Positions 32,284-44,230 of a stretch of DNA of 64,000 bases are shown here, piece by piece. Origin of the DNA: Minutocellus sp. GHC0000111 (taxonomy: Eukaryota); the NCBI GenBank assembly GCA_977018835.1, contig OZ361257.1, positions 5,022,001-5,086,000 on the forward strand, in the 5' to 3' direction. Each line of letters begins with the position of its first letter. Positions within the stretch are counted from its first letter, which is position 1. The translations under genes and the position numbers were made by a program. The notes beneath the pieces were generated by a model, which saw only the letters and a list, made by a program, of their open reading frames with translations, did not search any database and was not told where the DNA came from.

Positions 32284-33149
32284 GATATCTATTCGGGCCA
32301 TGCCTAGCAATGACACTATGAGGCAGAGCATGGACCCAAGTCGGTCGTATCGAGCAACGTTCTCTGCTGATCTTCTTTCGCTTGTTAGTGAGCGGCTACT
32401 TTTGACTCTTGGCTGACTACGTTTGGGTTGGCGAGGGGCCACCAAATTTTTGGCGAGCCAATCGAAGCGGCACAAGTCGGCATGCAACCATCGCATCACG
32501 AAGGTCAGATGGCAAAAGAGCATCGGCATCGCTTACATCGACTTGTAAGCAAGTAGAACGGACTTCCACTTATAACAACCAAAAGCCATTTCATTTGCAA
32601 CCATGGGAATGCCACTCGGATTCTCGGCCCTGTTCCTCGGCGCCACGGCCATACTCCAGCTTTGTTCGATGGTCAGCGTGTTGTCGGTCCTTCCACGGGC
32701 CCAAGAGGAGCACAATAATAATGGCGATCAGTATTCGTTCCCTTCCAAAGCCAATCTACGTGCTGCCGTATATTCCAACACTGGCACCGACAAACAATTG
32801 TGATTTCATGAACATCTCGATGTTTCGTGGAGGTCGGCGCCAGAATTATCAGGGCCCTCACTCCGATTTCCAGTGTTGTTACTGAACCACGAGGAACCAC
32901 AACTAACACATGGGATAGGTATCAAATGAAGACCCGTGGCATCGTTGAGAGATGGAAGTGCTCGTGAAAGGTCTTTGGTTGCCATGTGGAAATAACAAAA
33001 ACGAATAGGTATAAAGGTTCAAGAAATTTGAAGGTCGTCGACCTCAGAAGCGCTAGCTAGTAGAGGGTGAAAGGTATAGATTAACAAATAATCAAAGGCT
33101 CGACATCACTTGCACAACAAATCAACAAAATACACATCTATTGGGATTA

Positions 33150-34690
33150 TAATGACAATTGCTGTAGTACAATTGCCTACTTTTGCGTCTATAGTCCTTA
33201 TTGTCCACACTATTTTCCTCGGGGGTCGACGACGCCGAAAAGTCTCGGATTCTGGCAAATTGGATTATGTTATTTTCTTAACGCTTGTGGGTGCAAAGCC
33301 AATAAGAGATGCATTGCATCACGTTATGTATACCCCAAGGGAGATCTAAAGCTTGAGCTGGGGTTTCGTCTGGTACTTGCCCCCCAATAGTCTCTACTAT
33401 CACTCAAGGGGGGTGATGACTCCGATTTTTGAGATTTTCCCAGGCTGGTGATATATAAATCTCAACGTTGTGAGTACAAACTCCAACATAGAACCATTGT
33501 GTGACCTTACGTATGATCCAGAGAAAATAAACCGAGCTTGGACGAAGGTTTCAGTGACGTTAAAGCCCTCGCGGGGCTTATTATCACTCCAGACGGGCAA
33601 AAGAGCAAAAAAAAATCTCGGTTTCTGAAATGATTGGAAATGCTGAAACCGACCATACAAGCCCAACCTCTATTATAGAAGCAAATTTTTACTTATGTAT
33701 GATCCAAAGAAGGAGTATAAAGCTTGGGCGGAGTTTTCGGCTTTCACATGGCCCACACTTTCGCCTAATATCGCTCCTTCGTGTAAATTTGAGAAAATCT
33801 GGTATTCTGAGCGAGGTTTGCGACGCATCAAACTCACCCTTTTGAGTGGAAACTCCAACGTAGAAGTATATCGTTACTTTTTCTATAACCAAGAGAAGGC
33901 ATGCAAATCTTGAGCTGTGGTTTTCTTGGTTACTTTGTCTCCAAGGGGAACTATTATGGCTCCCGGGGGTCTTGGCGTAGATTTTTCAGATTTTTGTCGT
34001 TTTGGTGATGTACAAAACGCGGACTTGCGAGTGCAAATTCTCACATAGAGCCCTAGCGCGACCTTAGGTATGTCCCAGAGAAGCAATGCAAAGCTTGGGC
34101 GAAGGTTTCCACTAGTGCTCGGCTCTCAAGGTCGTCTACAGCTGTTCCCGATGGAGTTCAGCACCGATTTTTCATATTTTTTGCGGGTTGGTGATATATT
34201 AAACCCGACCTTGCGATTGCAAACTCTCACATAGAACCATAGCGCGACCTTAGGTATAATACAAAACAATGTATTTAAAGCTTGGACGGAGGTTTCCTTC
34301 ATTACTTGGGTGACTATTATGGCTCCCGGGTTGCCTTCGCGTCGATTTTTGAGATTTTTGGCGGGTTGATGATACGTAAAACGCGGACTTGCAAGTACAA
34401 ATTCTAACACAGAGCCATATCGCGACCTTAGGTATCACCTACAAAAGGTAAACAAAGCTTGGCGGAGGTTTCCTTTATTACTTGGTCTCCAAGGGCGTCT
34501 ATTATGGCCCCTGGGGTGAAAAGAGAGCGAGAAATCTCGGATTTGCACCGGAACGGGGATCGATAAAACTCGACCAAACAGAACCAAACTCAATACCACA
34601 AGCATATTGTCATCTCAGATATGAACCATAGAAGGTATGTAAAGCTTGGGCGAAGGTTCCTGGCACTATTTGGCTCTCAAGGGCGTCTTT
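33150..34690. repeat. Diverged tandem repeat array with ~186-bp monomer, about 8-9 units
   Basis: Landmark (A)AGCTTG(G) recurs at 33351, 33536, 33722, 33908, 34093, 34280, 34457 and 34644. Shared blocks CGCGACCTTAGGTAT, CTATTATGGC and GATTTTT. Confidence 0.88.
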
Positions 34691-34831
34691 TCCATCACTT
34701 TGTTAGGTTATGACACACTCCGAGATATGTTTTTTTTATGGAAACGTTGAGGCTAATGTGATAAAAAGGGAGTGGATTCCAATGACTCACTCAACCAACT
34801 CAATCGTCTCAACACATCATGTGCTGGAAAG

Positions 34832-36631
34832 ATGAGGTTCTCCGCCGCCGGTACCAGCGCTCTTTTGCTTGCCCTGATCCTTGATGGGAGCAGTGCATTT
34901 GCACCTCCCAAGTCGGCTCTCTCTCGATCGCGAGCATCCAATTTGCAGAGCACCACCGAGGACGACGAAGTCACTTACGAAAGCAGCGCCAATGCCAAGA
35001 ACAAATCCCTCCCGCAAAGCACCGACGTCATCGGTTCCGGTCTGGCGGGGCTGTCGTGCGCGTCCCTCCTCTCGCACAACCAGGTGTCCACCACCGTGCT
35101 GGAATCGCACGACACGCCCGGCGGCGCTGCCCACACGTGGTCCCGCCGAGGGTACCACTTTGAATCCGGCCCATCGCTGTACAGTGGCTTCTCCATGGAC
35201 CGATCGCCCAATCCGTTGAAGAACATCTTCCAAATCATCGAGGAAGAGCCGGAGTGGATCACGTACGATCGATGGGGGACGGTATTGCCCAACGGCAAAA
35301 AGTTTGCCGCCAAGATTGGACCGGAGGAATTCGGCGACGTGCTGAAGGAGCACGGCGGAGAGGGCGCCGAGGAGGAATTTGCCACGCTGATGAAGCGGAT
35401 GGAACCTCTGTCGAATGCCGCCCAGGCCTTGACGAGCATGGCGCTGAGGGAGGATGCCGGGGCCATTCTGACGCTGGCCAGATATCCCAAGGAGTTGTTC
35501 GATACGCTCAAACAGGGTCAGGCGCTCAATGATCCGTTCGATCTGATCATGAAGGAAATGAACATCCAAAACAAGTTTGTGAAGAATTGGCTCGATATGC
35601 TTTGCTTCCTCCTTCAGGGACTGCCCGCTGCTGGAACCATGAATGCCGTCATGGCCTACATGTTGGCCGACTGGTACCGACCGGGCGTAACCTTGGATTT
35701 TCCCAAGGGCGGCAGCGGTGCCATTGTCGATGCGTTGGTTCGGGGCGTCGAGAAGCACCCTCAATCCAGCGTTCATGTTCGCAGCCATGTGGAGGAGATA
35801 TTGGTCGAGAATGGTCGTGCTAGTGGAGTCAAACTTGCCGATGGGAGCGTCATCAAGGCTACCAAGGCCGTCGTGAGCAATGCCGACCCGTTCGTTACCA
35901 AACGACTGCTGTCCAAGGCCAGAGATGCGGGCCTGACCTCGGCTGAGTTGAACGAGCACATGGACAAGGTCACTGAAACCGACGCCGACAAGGGAGGTAT
36001 CCCCAACCTCAAGAGTTTTATTCACATTCACGCCGGAATCGACGCGACTGGTCTGCCCACCGAGGCCAGTGCCGACTTCCCTGCACAGTGGGCCGTCGTT
36101 AGAGATTGGGATGCTCCGGAGGGAGTCGAAAGTCCACGCAACATCGTCCTTTGCAGTATGCCCTCACTGATTGATCCTACCTTAGCGCCCGAGGGGAAGC
36201 ATGTGCTGCATGCGTACGTACCAGCGACCGAACCGTACGAGTGGTGGAAGTGACTTGACCGCAAGAGCGAAGAGTACAAACAAAAGAAGAAGGAGGCAGC
36301 TGACTTTTTGTGGAGTGCCATCGAAGAGTACGTTCCCAATGCACGCGATAGGGCGGTTCCCGGAACGGTTCAGATTGCCACGCCTCTGACGCACGAGCGA
36401 TTCCTTCGACGGACTCAGGGCGCCTACGGTCCTCGAGTAGAGGCAGGGAAGCAAACTCTGCCCGGTCACAAAACCCCATTGGAGGGATTACTACTTTGTG
36501 GCGACTATACCTTCCCCGGTATTGGCGTACCGGCAACAGCCGCCGCCGGTGCAATCACGGCAAACAATCTGGTTTCGGTGCCTCAGCATTGGGCCATGTT
36601 GGATAAGATTCGGCTTCCAGAGAAGCAATAA
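34832..36631 (+). CDS. Plastid-targeted CRTISO/CrtI-like FAD oxidoreductase, interrupted by in-frame TGA at 36251-36253
   Basis: Signal peptide plus SSAFAP. Motifs IGSGLAGL, ESHDTPGGAAH, FESGPSLY, FPKGGSGA, TPLTHERF and CGDYTFPGIGVPA. Reading continues in frame after the stop (WWK*LDRKSEEY). Confidence 0.88.
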
Positions 36632-36678
36632 TATAATCTATCGAGAGGATAGCATGGCACTTGATAATATACACACAC

Positions 36679-36877
36679 ACATATATATATATATATATTC
36701 ATTTTTGTTCCAGTTCGCGAACTCGTCTGGTTCCCAAATTCGGATTGGCGTGTTTATCTCAGTTTCCATTCTGGTAGTATCAGTGCGCAAACTGAGATCC
36801 TAGTTTGGGAACTGGGACCCAGTGCGCAAACTGGGACAGTGCGCATTTTGGGACTAACATATATATATATATATATT
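36679..36877. mobile_element. Putative MITE-like ~160-bp imperfect inverted-repeat element flanked by (AT)9
   Basis: AC(AT)9T direct repeat at 36679-36699 and 36857-36877. The arm at 36707-36723 is ~14/17 complementary to 36821-36837. Internal CAGTGCGCA x3. Confidence 0.55.
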
Positions 36878-36981
36878 ACAAATCAGCAAAGAATGTCATT
36901 AGTAGGCGAGATATATATATAGATAAGTTTTGCTAATTGGTGCATCTCTAGCTAGTACTACTATCTACGTAGCTAGTAATG

Positions 36982-39632
36982 CTAGACAAGGACCCCAGGC
37001 GATGGGTTTCTAGGAGAATCAGTGCGGCGAACAACACACCAAGCGCCGACTTTTACACCTTCAGAAGCCTCAGTGCTACCACTATTCAGATTGTTGAATT
37101 GCTCCTCAGTTAGATATATGTTAGGATCATCAAGATCATGTAACCAGTAAGAATTGTCCGAGACATAACGAACAAGCCGAGGAATAGAGAATCTTTTCGC
37201 CACTTGCTTCTGAGACGGACTCGCCCTATCGATGTCCTCGACCTTGCCCCGCTCCCAGCCAGTCGTAAATAGCGTTACAATAATATCTTCAGCTTGCACT
37301 TCTTTTGCGCCGCCGGTGGGCAAGGACACATACTCATATCTACCGGGCGCAAGAACCTCGAATAGACGATCAACGTCATCGTCGTCCTCCTTATGCACAA
37401 CCTCATCTTCATCAGAGGGCACATTCCTCTCAATGGCCCCGGCAAAGTCCTCATCAAGAGTTCTACACGCCGAAGGAGGGTTGTAACAGGGCGGCAGATT
37501 CACGCAATTTTGCCTGCGTATCAAACTCCCCCCAAAACGTGGCTTATCGAGGCAATTTCTACACTCGCCGCAGTCGTCCACCATGCAAGCGTCGCAGGAA
37601 CCGCAGCGATGACGAGACCGTTGGCGAGAAGAATCACGGCGCTTTCGATCAGCATAGGGATTCTTCCTTCGGCCGAAAACTTCGTCCTCATCAGCATTAT
37701 TCGAGAGCTGCTTCTCAGTGGGCTCTGTTTGCTTATGGCATCATTTTGGCAATCCCACGTTCTTCGACCGTCCTTCCATCTCCTACACGGCGGAGGGCAC
37801 CTCTTTCGCTCAGAAGAGTGTGTTTTGCCGCACCCTCGCCACTTCCATTGAGGAGTGTCTTCTGAGTTTCCTTCAGCGCGCTCTTGACGCTCAAGATTGG
37901 CGCAGGAATTTTTCTTTTCATGATGGCCCCGTTGACGAGAATTTAGTGACGGCGTCTCTTCGCTCACATTGGAAGTTCGATGCCGGTAATGGCGCATACA
38001 GTATTGATCGTAGCCAGAACCTGCTGATTGCCTCATACAGTCTGGAATCGCACAAAGACGTCTGCGCTTTGCCCTACAACCACACGGTTTCGTACCACAG
38101 GGGCTGACCAGTTTACAAGATTCGCATTTCCACCTGGCAAAGTCCTCATCAGTTGACGCATTTCGTGCAATATCCGCCCCAGCATCTGACTCACTATCAT
38201 TTCTTCCTTTTCTCTTTTTCGTTTGATTCTGCGTGTTGTTATCGGTGCTATGCTCAAAGTCGATACCAGGAGTTCTAGGAATTGCAGTAGACGCCGATGG
38301 TGGATCATAACAAGGTGGCCGATTCATGCACTTTTGCCTACTGATCCCGCTCCCTCCAAAGCGAGGCATGTCAAGGCATTTTTTGCACTTGCCGCATTCG
38401 TCCACCATGCAAGCATCACATGAGCCGCAGTGATGGCGCGACCGTTGGCGAGGCGACTCGCGGCGCTTTAGATCGGCATAGGGATTCTTTAGCCTCGCCG
38501 GACTTGCATCATTTGTACTCTGTCGGCGAGGATTCGGCGGTGATGTCGCTACATCGATCGTATTGGAATCGGAATAGTGACTTGCACACATGTGGTTGTA
38601 TCGGAACCCTTGAGAGTATTTGGGGCATCCTGGAATTGCACAACCACGTCCTCTCCTTGTTGACTTGCATTTGCATAATTTCTTTCCAAAGGGGTTCACT
38701 TGCTTACAGGACGGACATTCCCATGGGCACATGTCCTCATCACCTACATGTACAGCATCGGCTTCAATAGTACCCGCAACGCCACAGTCATCGTCTCCTC
38801 CTTCCCCGGATTCATCCTCTGATTCAGGTTCAGCGCATTTCTTCCCTCCTGTGCGTAGACCGGGCCTCCATTTGAAGCATGGTGGAGGGCACCTTTTCCG
38901 TTGTGAAGAATTCATCGCGCCACATCCTCGGCACTTCCAGACAGCGGCAACGCGTCTTCTCTCAAGCTCGGCACCATGTTGATGATCTCCAGACCCCACC
39001 CTCATGCTACGTCTGGATGTCCCACTTTGAAGAAAACGCTCGGTCGACATTAGCGCGTCCTCTCGATCGAGCATGGTTCGTATTTCGTCGGTATCTTTAC
39101 CTTCATCCAGCGCTGACATCAAGTCTCTCTTTCTTCGGGAAACACCAGACGACGTCGATCGCAATGTGCGATTCTGAACAAACGACCTCTGATCGGCATC
39201 GTCAGCAACTGGAGCGGGATGGACAAGATAGTAGAACTCCGTTCTTCTTGCCGATCCCTGTTCCAAGAAGGATTCCGAGGTGTTAATATTTGTTGCTGCA
39301 TCAGGCTCACTACTACTTTGCTGGACAGCCACTCCATTCGCCTTTACGTAGGCAAACATGGTGCACGCAAAGGTGTCGATCTCCATCTCCTCGGCGTCGA
39401 ACGCCGTCCGTTTCGTGCAGCAGGGGCATTTGAACCACTTGGGCAACTGTTTCGCCCTCTTGGAGACGGCACGATGCTGCCAGTTGTTGAGACAGGAGGC
39501 GCATATTTTGTGTGGACACTGGTGAGACAGTACGGGGAGGTGCGAATGTCTTCTCCGCTCTTCGGACTGAAATAGTGATAGATCCGAGTCGAATGGATCG
39601 AAACATATGGGGCAGGTAAGGAGATGGTCCAT
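36982..39632 (-). CDS. RING finger protein with RanBP2-like zinc fingers and two CXXC domains, frame break near 37700-37770
   Basis: N-terminal CPIC...CPHKICASC...CPCC. Fingers of the WxCxxC...C type. CXXC motif CGSCDACMVD(E/D)CGxCxxCLD(M/K)PRFGG...QxC occurs twice, the second in another frame. Confidence 0.8.
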
Positions 39633-40172
39633 CGTTGCTGCTGACTTTTGGTGTGGCGGTCAGCGGCCCAGGCAGTCAGAATAATGCGAGCGGCGGGAGC
39701 GGGTTTTTTCTTTCTTTTCCCCCAAGGAGCGGGGGCCAGGCAGTGTCAAAGGGCTGACTCGACTCGACTCTATTCGACTCACTCGGCTCATTAGGCCGCA
39801 TGACGCGAAATGACATCACACCATTTCTAGGAATTCCTAGAAAAAGAATGTTGCGGCCTGGGACGCACCAAATGTTATTTGGCCTGGACTACGAACTCGT
39901 ACATGCATCAAGAACCCGCTGGTGCGTCTTTTGTAGAATGACATCACACCATTTTCACGTAGGGACAATACTAATAATCGTGCGCATGCTCATGTTCAGG
40001 CAGGGAAAGGGGGAAAAGAAATCTGAGAAAACAACGGCTGTACACATACATGAATTTATTTCCGGCTTCTCTCTCTTTCTCTGGGTCCACCTTGTCGAGC
40101 TCACGACTTTTTGCTTCTTAAGACTGAATTGAGTTCCCTCACAGCATACATGCTCAACAAACAGATGTAAAG

Positions 40173-40985
40173 ATGAATCTCCAACAACGAACGAACACGC
40201 ACGAAGCCGAGGGCGTCGCCTCAGCCCACCGTAACTCCACCGGCCTCGAGCAAAGAGCCGTCGCCCTTGCCGCCACAGGTAGAAACGCCTCTCCCCCCTC
40301 GAACCAAGCTCTCGCTGCTGCCGCTTCCAACATGCCTCACGACATTCTACAGGGCCTAAATGCCACGGAGAAACTTCCGGAGGCTAATACTGCTGCCTCC
40401 AGCATTCCAAAACCTTCCCCGGCTCCATCGAAGGAGATCCTCTCCTCCCTTCTGGCGCCAATGGAGTCGTCTACGGGCTCGGGCGGCGGCAGCTCCTTCT
40501 CCTTGGCGCCGTCCATAATCTCCAAGGCTAGTACTTTGTCCACCAAAAGGGACGAAATCAGCAACGCCGAGGCCGCATGTGTCTCCACCGACGGAAATGA
40601 CTCGACGTCCTCCACCTCCACCATCAACAAGATTGGCAATCACGATGGCTCTTCAGTGCCTGGCTACATTACTGCTACTATGCGATCTACCGAGACTATC
40701 TTTACCCCTCGCATGAAAGAGCTCCACTTCTTCTCCTATGTGTTCAGCCAAGACTACGAGAGATGGCTGAACGACGATGACGAAGATGAGGACAGCGACG
40801 AAGACGAAGACGAAAGCGACGACGACGATACGCAAGGTGAAATCACAACTGGCTATACCGAGTATAACGGAAGAACCAGCTTCGTCCAACGCAACGGTAG
40901 CTACCGCAAGTCCCACGAGGTGGGCGCTCTCTTGTTTGCCGAAACTTTGCATGCTGACTTGGATGATAGCGACTCGGAGGAGTGA
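40173..40985 (+). CDS. Hypothetical low-complexity (Ser/Ala-rich, acidic) protein
   Basis: 270-aa ATG-initiated ORF with coding-like codon usage and no recognisable domain. Confidence 0.6.
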   Translation: MNLQQRTNTHEAEGVASAHRNSTGLEQRAVALAATGRNASPPSNQALAAAASNMPHDILQGLNATEKLPEANTAASSIPKPSPAPSKEILSSLLAPMESSTGSGGGSSFSLAPSIISKASTLSTKRDEISNAEAACVSTDGNDSTSSTSTINKIGNHDGSSVPGYITATMRSTETIFTPRMKELHFFSYVFSQDYERWLNDDDEDEDSDEDEDESDDDDTQGEITTGYTEYNGRTSFVQRNGSYRKSHEVGALLFAETLHADLDDSDSEE

Positions 40986-41169
40986 TGATGAGACGCTGAT
41001 TGTTGCGCCGAGTCAGTAGAAAGCTTTTTACATGATGCTTTGATTTGTACTATTAGATCTACATGTAAGCAATATGGGACATGCTATAGAATGTATGAAT
41101 GTGTATTCTACATTTGTTCTCTTCCTAAATGTAGCTAGATTTGACTACCTATCTTTTAAGTCTTACCAA

Positions 41170-43556
41170 CTACGCCGAACACGTGCCACATGTCAGGCGG
41201 CAAATGTTCTGCGATGCTGCACATCGACCGCTTACTTTTTCTGGGATGCGACCTACGAATTCGCAGCTTCGTGCGATGTAGAAATCGTTGTATGTGAATT
41301 TGAACCGCAACTCAGGATCTGCGCAAGTGTCACAGCTTTCACAGGTTTCTGGACAGGCGGCAGACACTCCAGGGAGATTGCAACGCGCTGAGGTGTCCGT
41401 TCTTGCAACCCATTCGCAGGACCTAGTAATAATTTCCCCATCCTTTAGGATTTTGAGTCTGAGATGACTGTCGGTGCAGGCCGGTGGAGAAGGAGTGGGA
41501 GGCATCGGCGTGGGCATAGTCGTCGGCATCGGCGTGGGCATAGTCGTCGGCATAGGCGTTGGCATAGTCGTCAGCATAGGCATTGGCATAGGCGTTGGAA
41601 TAGGCGTGGGAGGAGAAGTGGACATAGGCGAGGGCGGAGGGGTGTTACCACCAGTTTGGGCGGTAAATGTTGTGGTTTCGGAGGACCCAAAATTACTCCC
41701 AGTCTGTAGATGTGTGTTTCCATCGTAGATAGAGTAGTATCCGTGTCCGTAAAGGGAGTCTTTGTCGCCACAACAGAGTCCATTGCTGCTAGAATCTGTT
41801 ATTTCGAACGTGTAGGAAGTACCCTGGACGATATCCACCTGATCGCAAAAGAGCGGGCCTGAACTGGATGTGTCATCATCCTTTGATACCATCACGGTCG
41901 CACCTCGGCGAAGTTCCCAGGAAATTTCTTGTGGATATCTGTCGCCTTTGATAGCAACGTAAAACTTGCCGGGAGAGAGGGAACAGATCTTTTCCTGACA
42001 AGTACCAACGCACTTATTGGGGAGAGTACACGTCGTACCATCTGCTTTCATGGCACATTCATTGGGACCTGCGTATGCGAGAAGGTTCGCAGTTTCAACA
42101 GTGGGACTGGGTATGCCGCCAACAGCTCCATGCGTCGCATCATACTGCAGCATCTTTCTGGTAACCTCAGCGGGAGTCAAATTGGGGTTCTCTCCTAGAT
42201 ATAGAGCCGCAAGTCCGGCGACGTGGGGCGCACTCATGCTGGTACCGCTGATGGTGCCGGTAGCACCAGCAACACCTATCCAGGCCGATGTGATGCTGGA
42301 ACCAGGAGCAAATATGTCAACGCAAGGACCGTAGCTGGAGAAGGAAGAACGGTTGTCATTTTGTCTCGTAGATCCGACAGTGATGGCTTTGTCTGCCGCG
42401 GCGGGAGATTGGCCACAGGAATCGTCATTGCTATTGCCCGCCGATGCCGTCACGACAACGCCACTGTCGACAAGGTTGTTCACGGCTCTGTTGACAGATG
42501 TGCTGAACCCACCGCCGAGGGAGAGGTTGGCCAAAGCTGGCTTGGCGGCATTGTTGGCAATCCATTCCAACGCGCTGATAATGTCAGAAAAATAGCCTGA
42601 CCCAGTACAGTCCAGGACCCTGATCGCATACAGTTTGACTTTGTTGGCCACGCCGTAGGTCATACCACCGACGGTGCCGGCCACGTGAGTTCCTGGAAAA
42701 TTCAAAAAAGGAAATCGGCAGATTGGTAAGTTTGGACATTGATTGAAGTAAAAGGATGATAGTAGTAGGTTGTTCGGTCCTACAGAGCGAGGTTCTTACC
42801 ATGGCCATCGCAGTCTTCCGAATCCCTCCCATCAGAGACAAAATTCATACCACCGGCATACCGACTTCCTTGGCCCGACCCCCACTCATTATGATTGCTT
42901 TGAATTCCAGTGTCGATGATGTACGCCGTAACTCCCTGTCCTCTGTTACTAGCAGGCCTACCGTCGATGATTGGATCGTAGGTATCATCCAACGGCAAAT
43001 CTCGCTGATCGATCCGATCGAGACCCCAGCTCTCCACCGCATTGGTCCGCACCACGCTGTCCTCCTCGACGGCCTCGATGTTGTCCATCTCCGATATCTC
43101 CATGGCCGCCTCCTTCGTGAGCTTGGCCGAAAATCCCTTCAGGACCTGGTGGTACGTGCTCATGAGCTTGCCATTCTTGGAGCTGCACAATTTTTCCGAC
43201 ATGTCGTCCATTTCGGAATCTGCCATGATCTCGTCCGTTTCCTTGTACGTGACGATGTACTGGCCCGGAATCGGGTCTTGCGTGGCGGTGTGGTATTTGG
43301 GAAAAATACCGGCAGTAGTATCATCGGCGCCATGGTCGTCATTGTTGGATTTGCTCTTTCCGGTGCCACCGCCCGACTCTTTGGATTTGCTGCCGCCCTC
43401 GCCTGATTTGCTTTTGCCGCGCATTTCGCGCTGGGTCCGAAGGCTGCCGCCGGCACCGCGGACCTGCCAGTCGTCGCCATCGGCAGCGGCAGAAACCACG
43501 ACGGTCGAGCCCAGGAACAACACGACCCATACGACCAGCCGCATTGCCGATGGCAT
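41170..43556 (-). CDS. Secreted subtilisin-like S8 (proteinase K-type) serine protease with I9 propeptide, PT-rich linker and two C-terminal Cys-rich repeats; intron 42693-42799
   Basis: Signal peptide. Motifs IPGQYIV, WGLDRIDQ, YIIDTGI, GHG|THVAG (across a GT-AG intron), AGN and SGTSMSAPHVAG. Confidence 0.93.
41500..41610. repeat. 24-bp coding minisatellite encoding the PTTMPTPM linker
   Basis: GGCATCGGCGTGGGCATAGTCGTC and variants in tandem. Confidence 0.85.
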
Positions 43557-44230
43557 GATGGTGCGTAGCTTTCGGTCGGTCGAGCACGGTGGTGCGTTTT
43601 ATGTCCACGCACGTGACCTGGCTGACCAGGCGTGCGTTGAGTAATCTGCTGCAACCTCCACATGACTGGCTGGCTGTCGTGGCATCTTTCTCGTGCCGAT
43701 GCATGGTGGCATTTGCCGCCGATACGTTGGGGAACAAGTGCGCTGAATATTAGGATGTGGCCTCATCCTCTTGCCTTCTTTTGCTTGAGACACGGCGCGG
43801 CGCTCTGACCTAGGCCTAGGCCTACCTCCCTCGCGAGCTCGCGAGCATTGAAGGCACACGGGCGATGGACAGACAAAAACGAGCGAGCGATCCGCCGAGC
43901 GAGCGAGCGACCGAGAGCATGCAGTGCGCATGCATGCAGTGCGCAGGATTTTTGTATTTTGACATGCCACAACAAAAGCAGCACGTGATACGCATGCGCA
44001 CCGCTGGTGATCAAAGACGACAGCAATGTAGCAAGTGGGCGGGCTCGAGGCAGACGCATTTAGACTCACTCATAGACCTCGTTGGTTTCCCCTGGTGTGG
44101 ACCAAAGTGTCACATTCTTGATTGCATTAGGGGGTCGGGAGAGTTGTGCCTTGCGGGTGCGCGCTGTGGCCCATCTGTGTGCCGCCGCGCGGGGCTGCTT
44201 GGGTAGGGAGTCAGCCAACCGCGCAGCAAG

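Noticed and set aside
32603..32930. Short ORF with hydrophobic N-terminus (MGMPLGFSALF...)
   Set aside because: Only 66 aa with no recognisable domain. It may be a gene remnant but cannot be supported.
3065..36031. Long antisense ORFs (e.g. 3065-3925, 9419-10033, 34817-36031)
   Set aside because: Shadows of GC3-biased sense-strand genes, with no motifs of their own.
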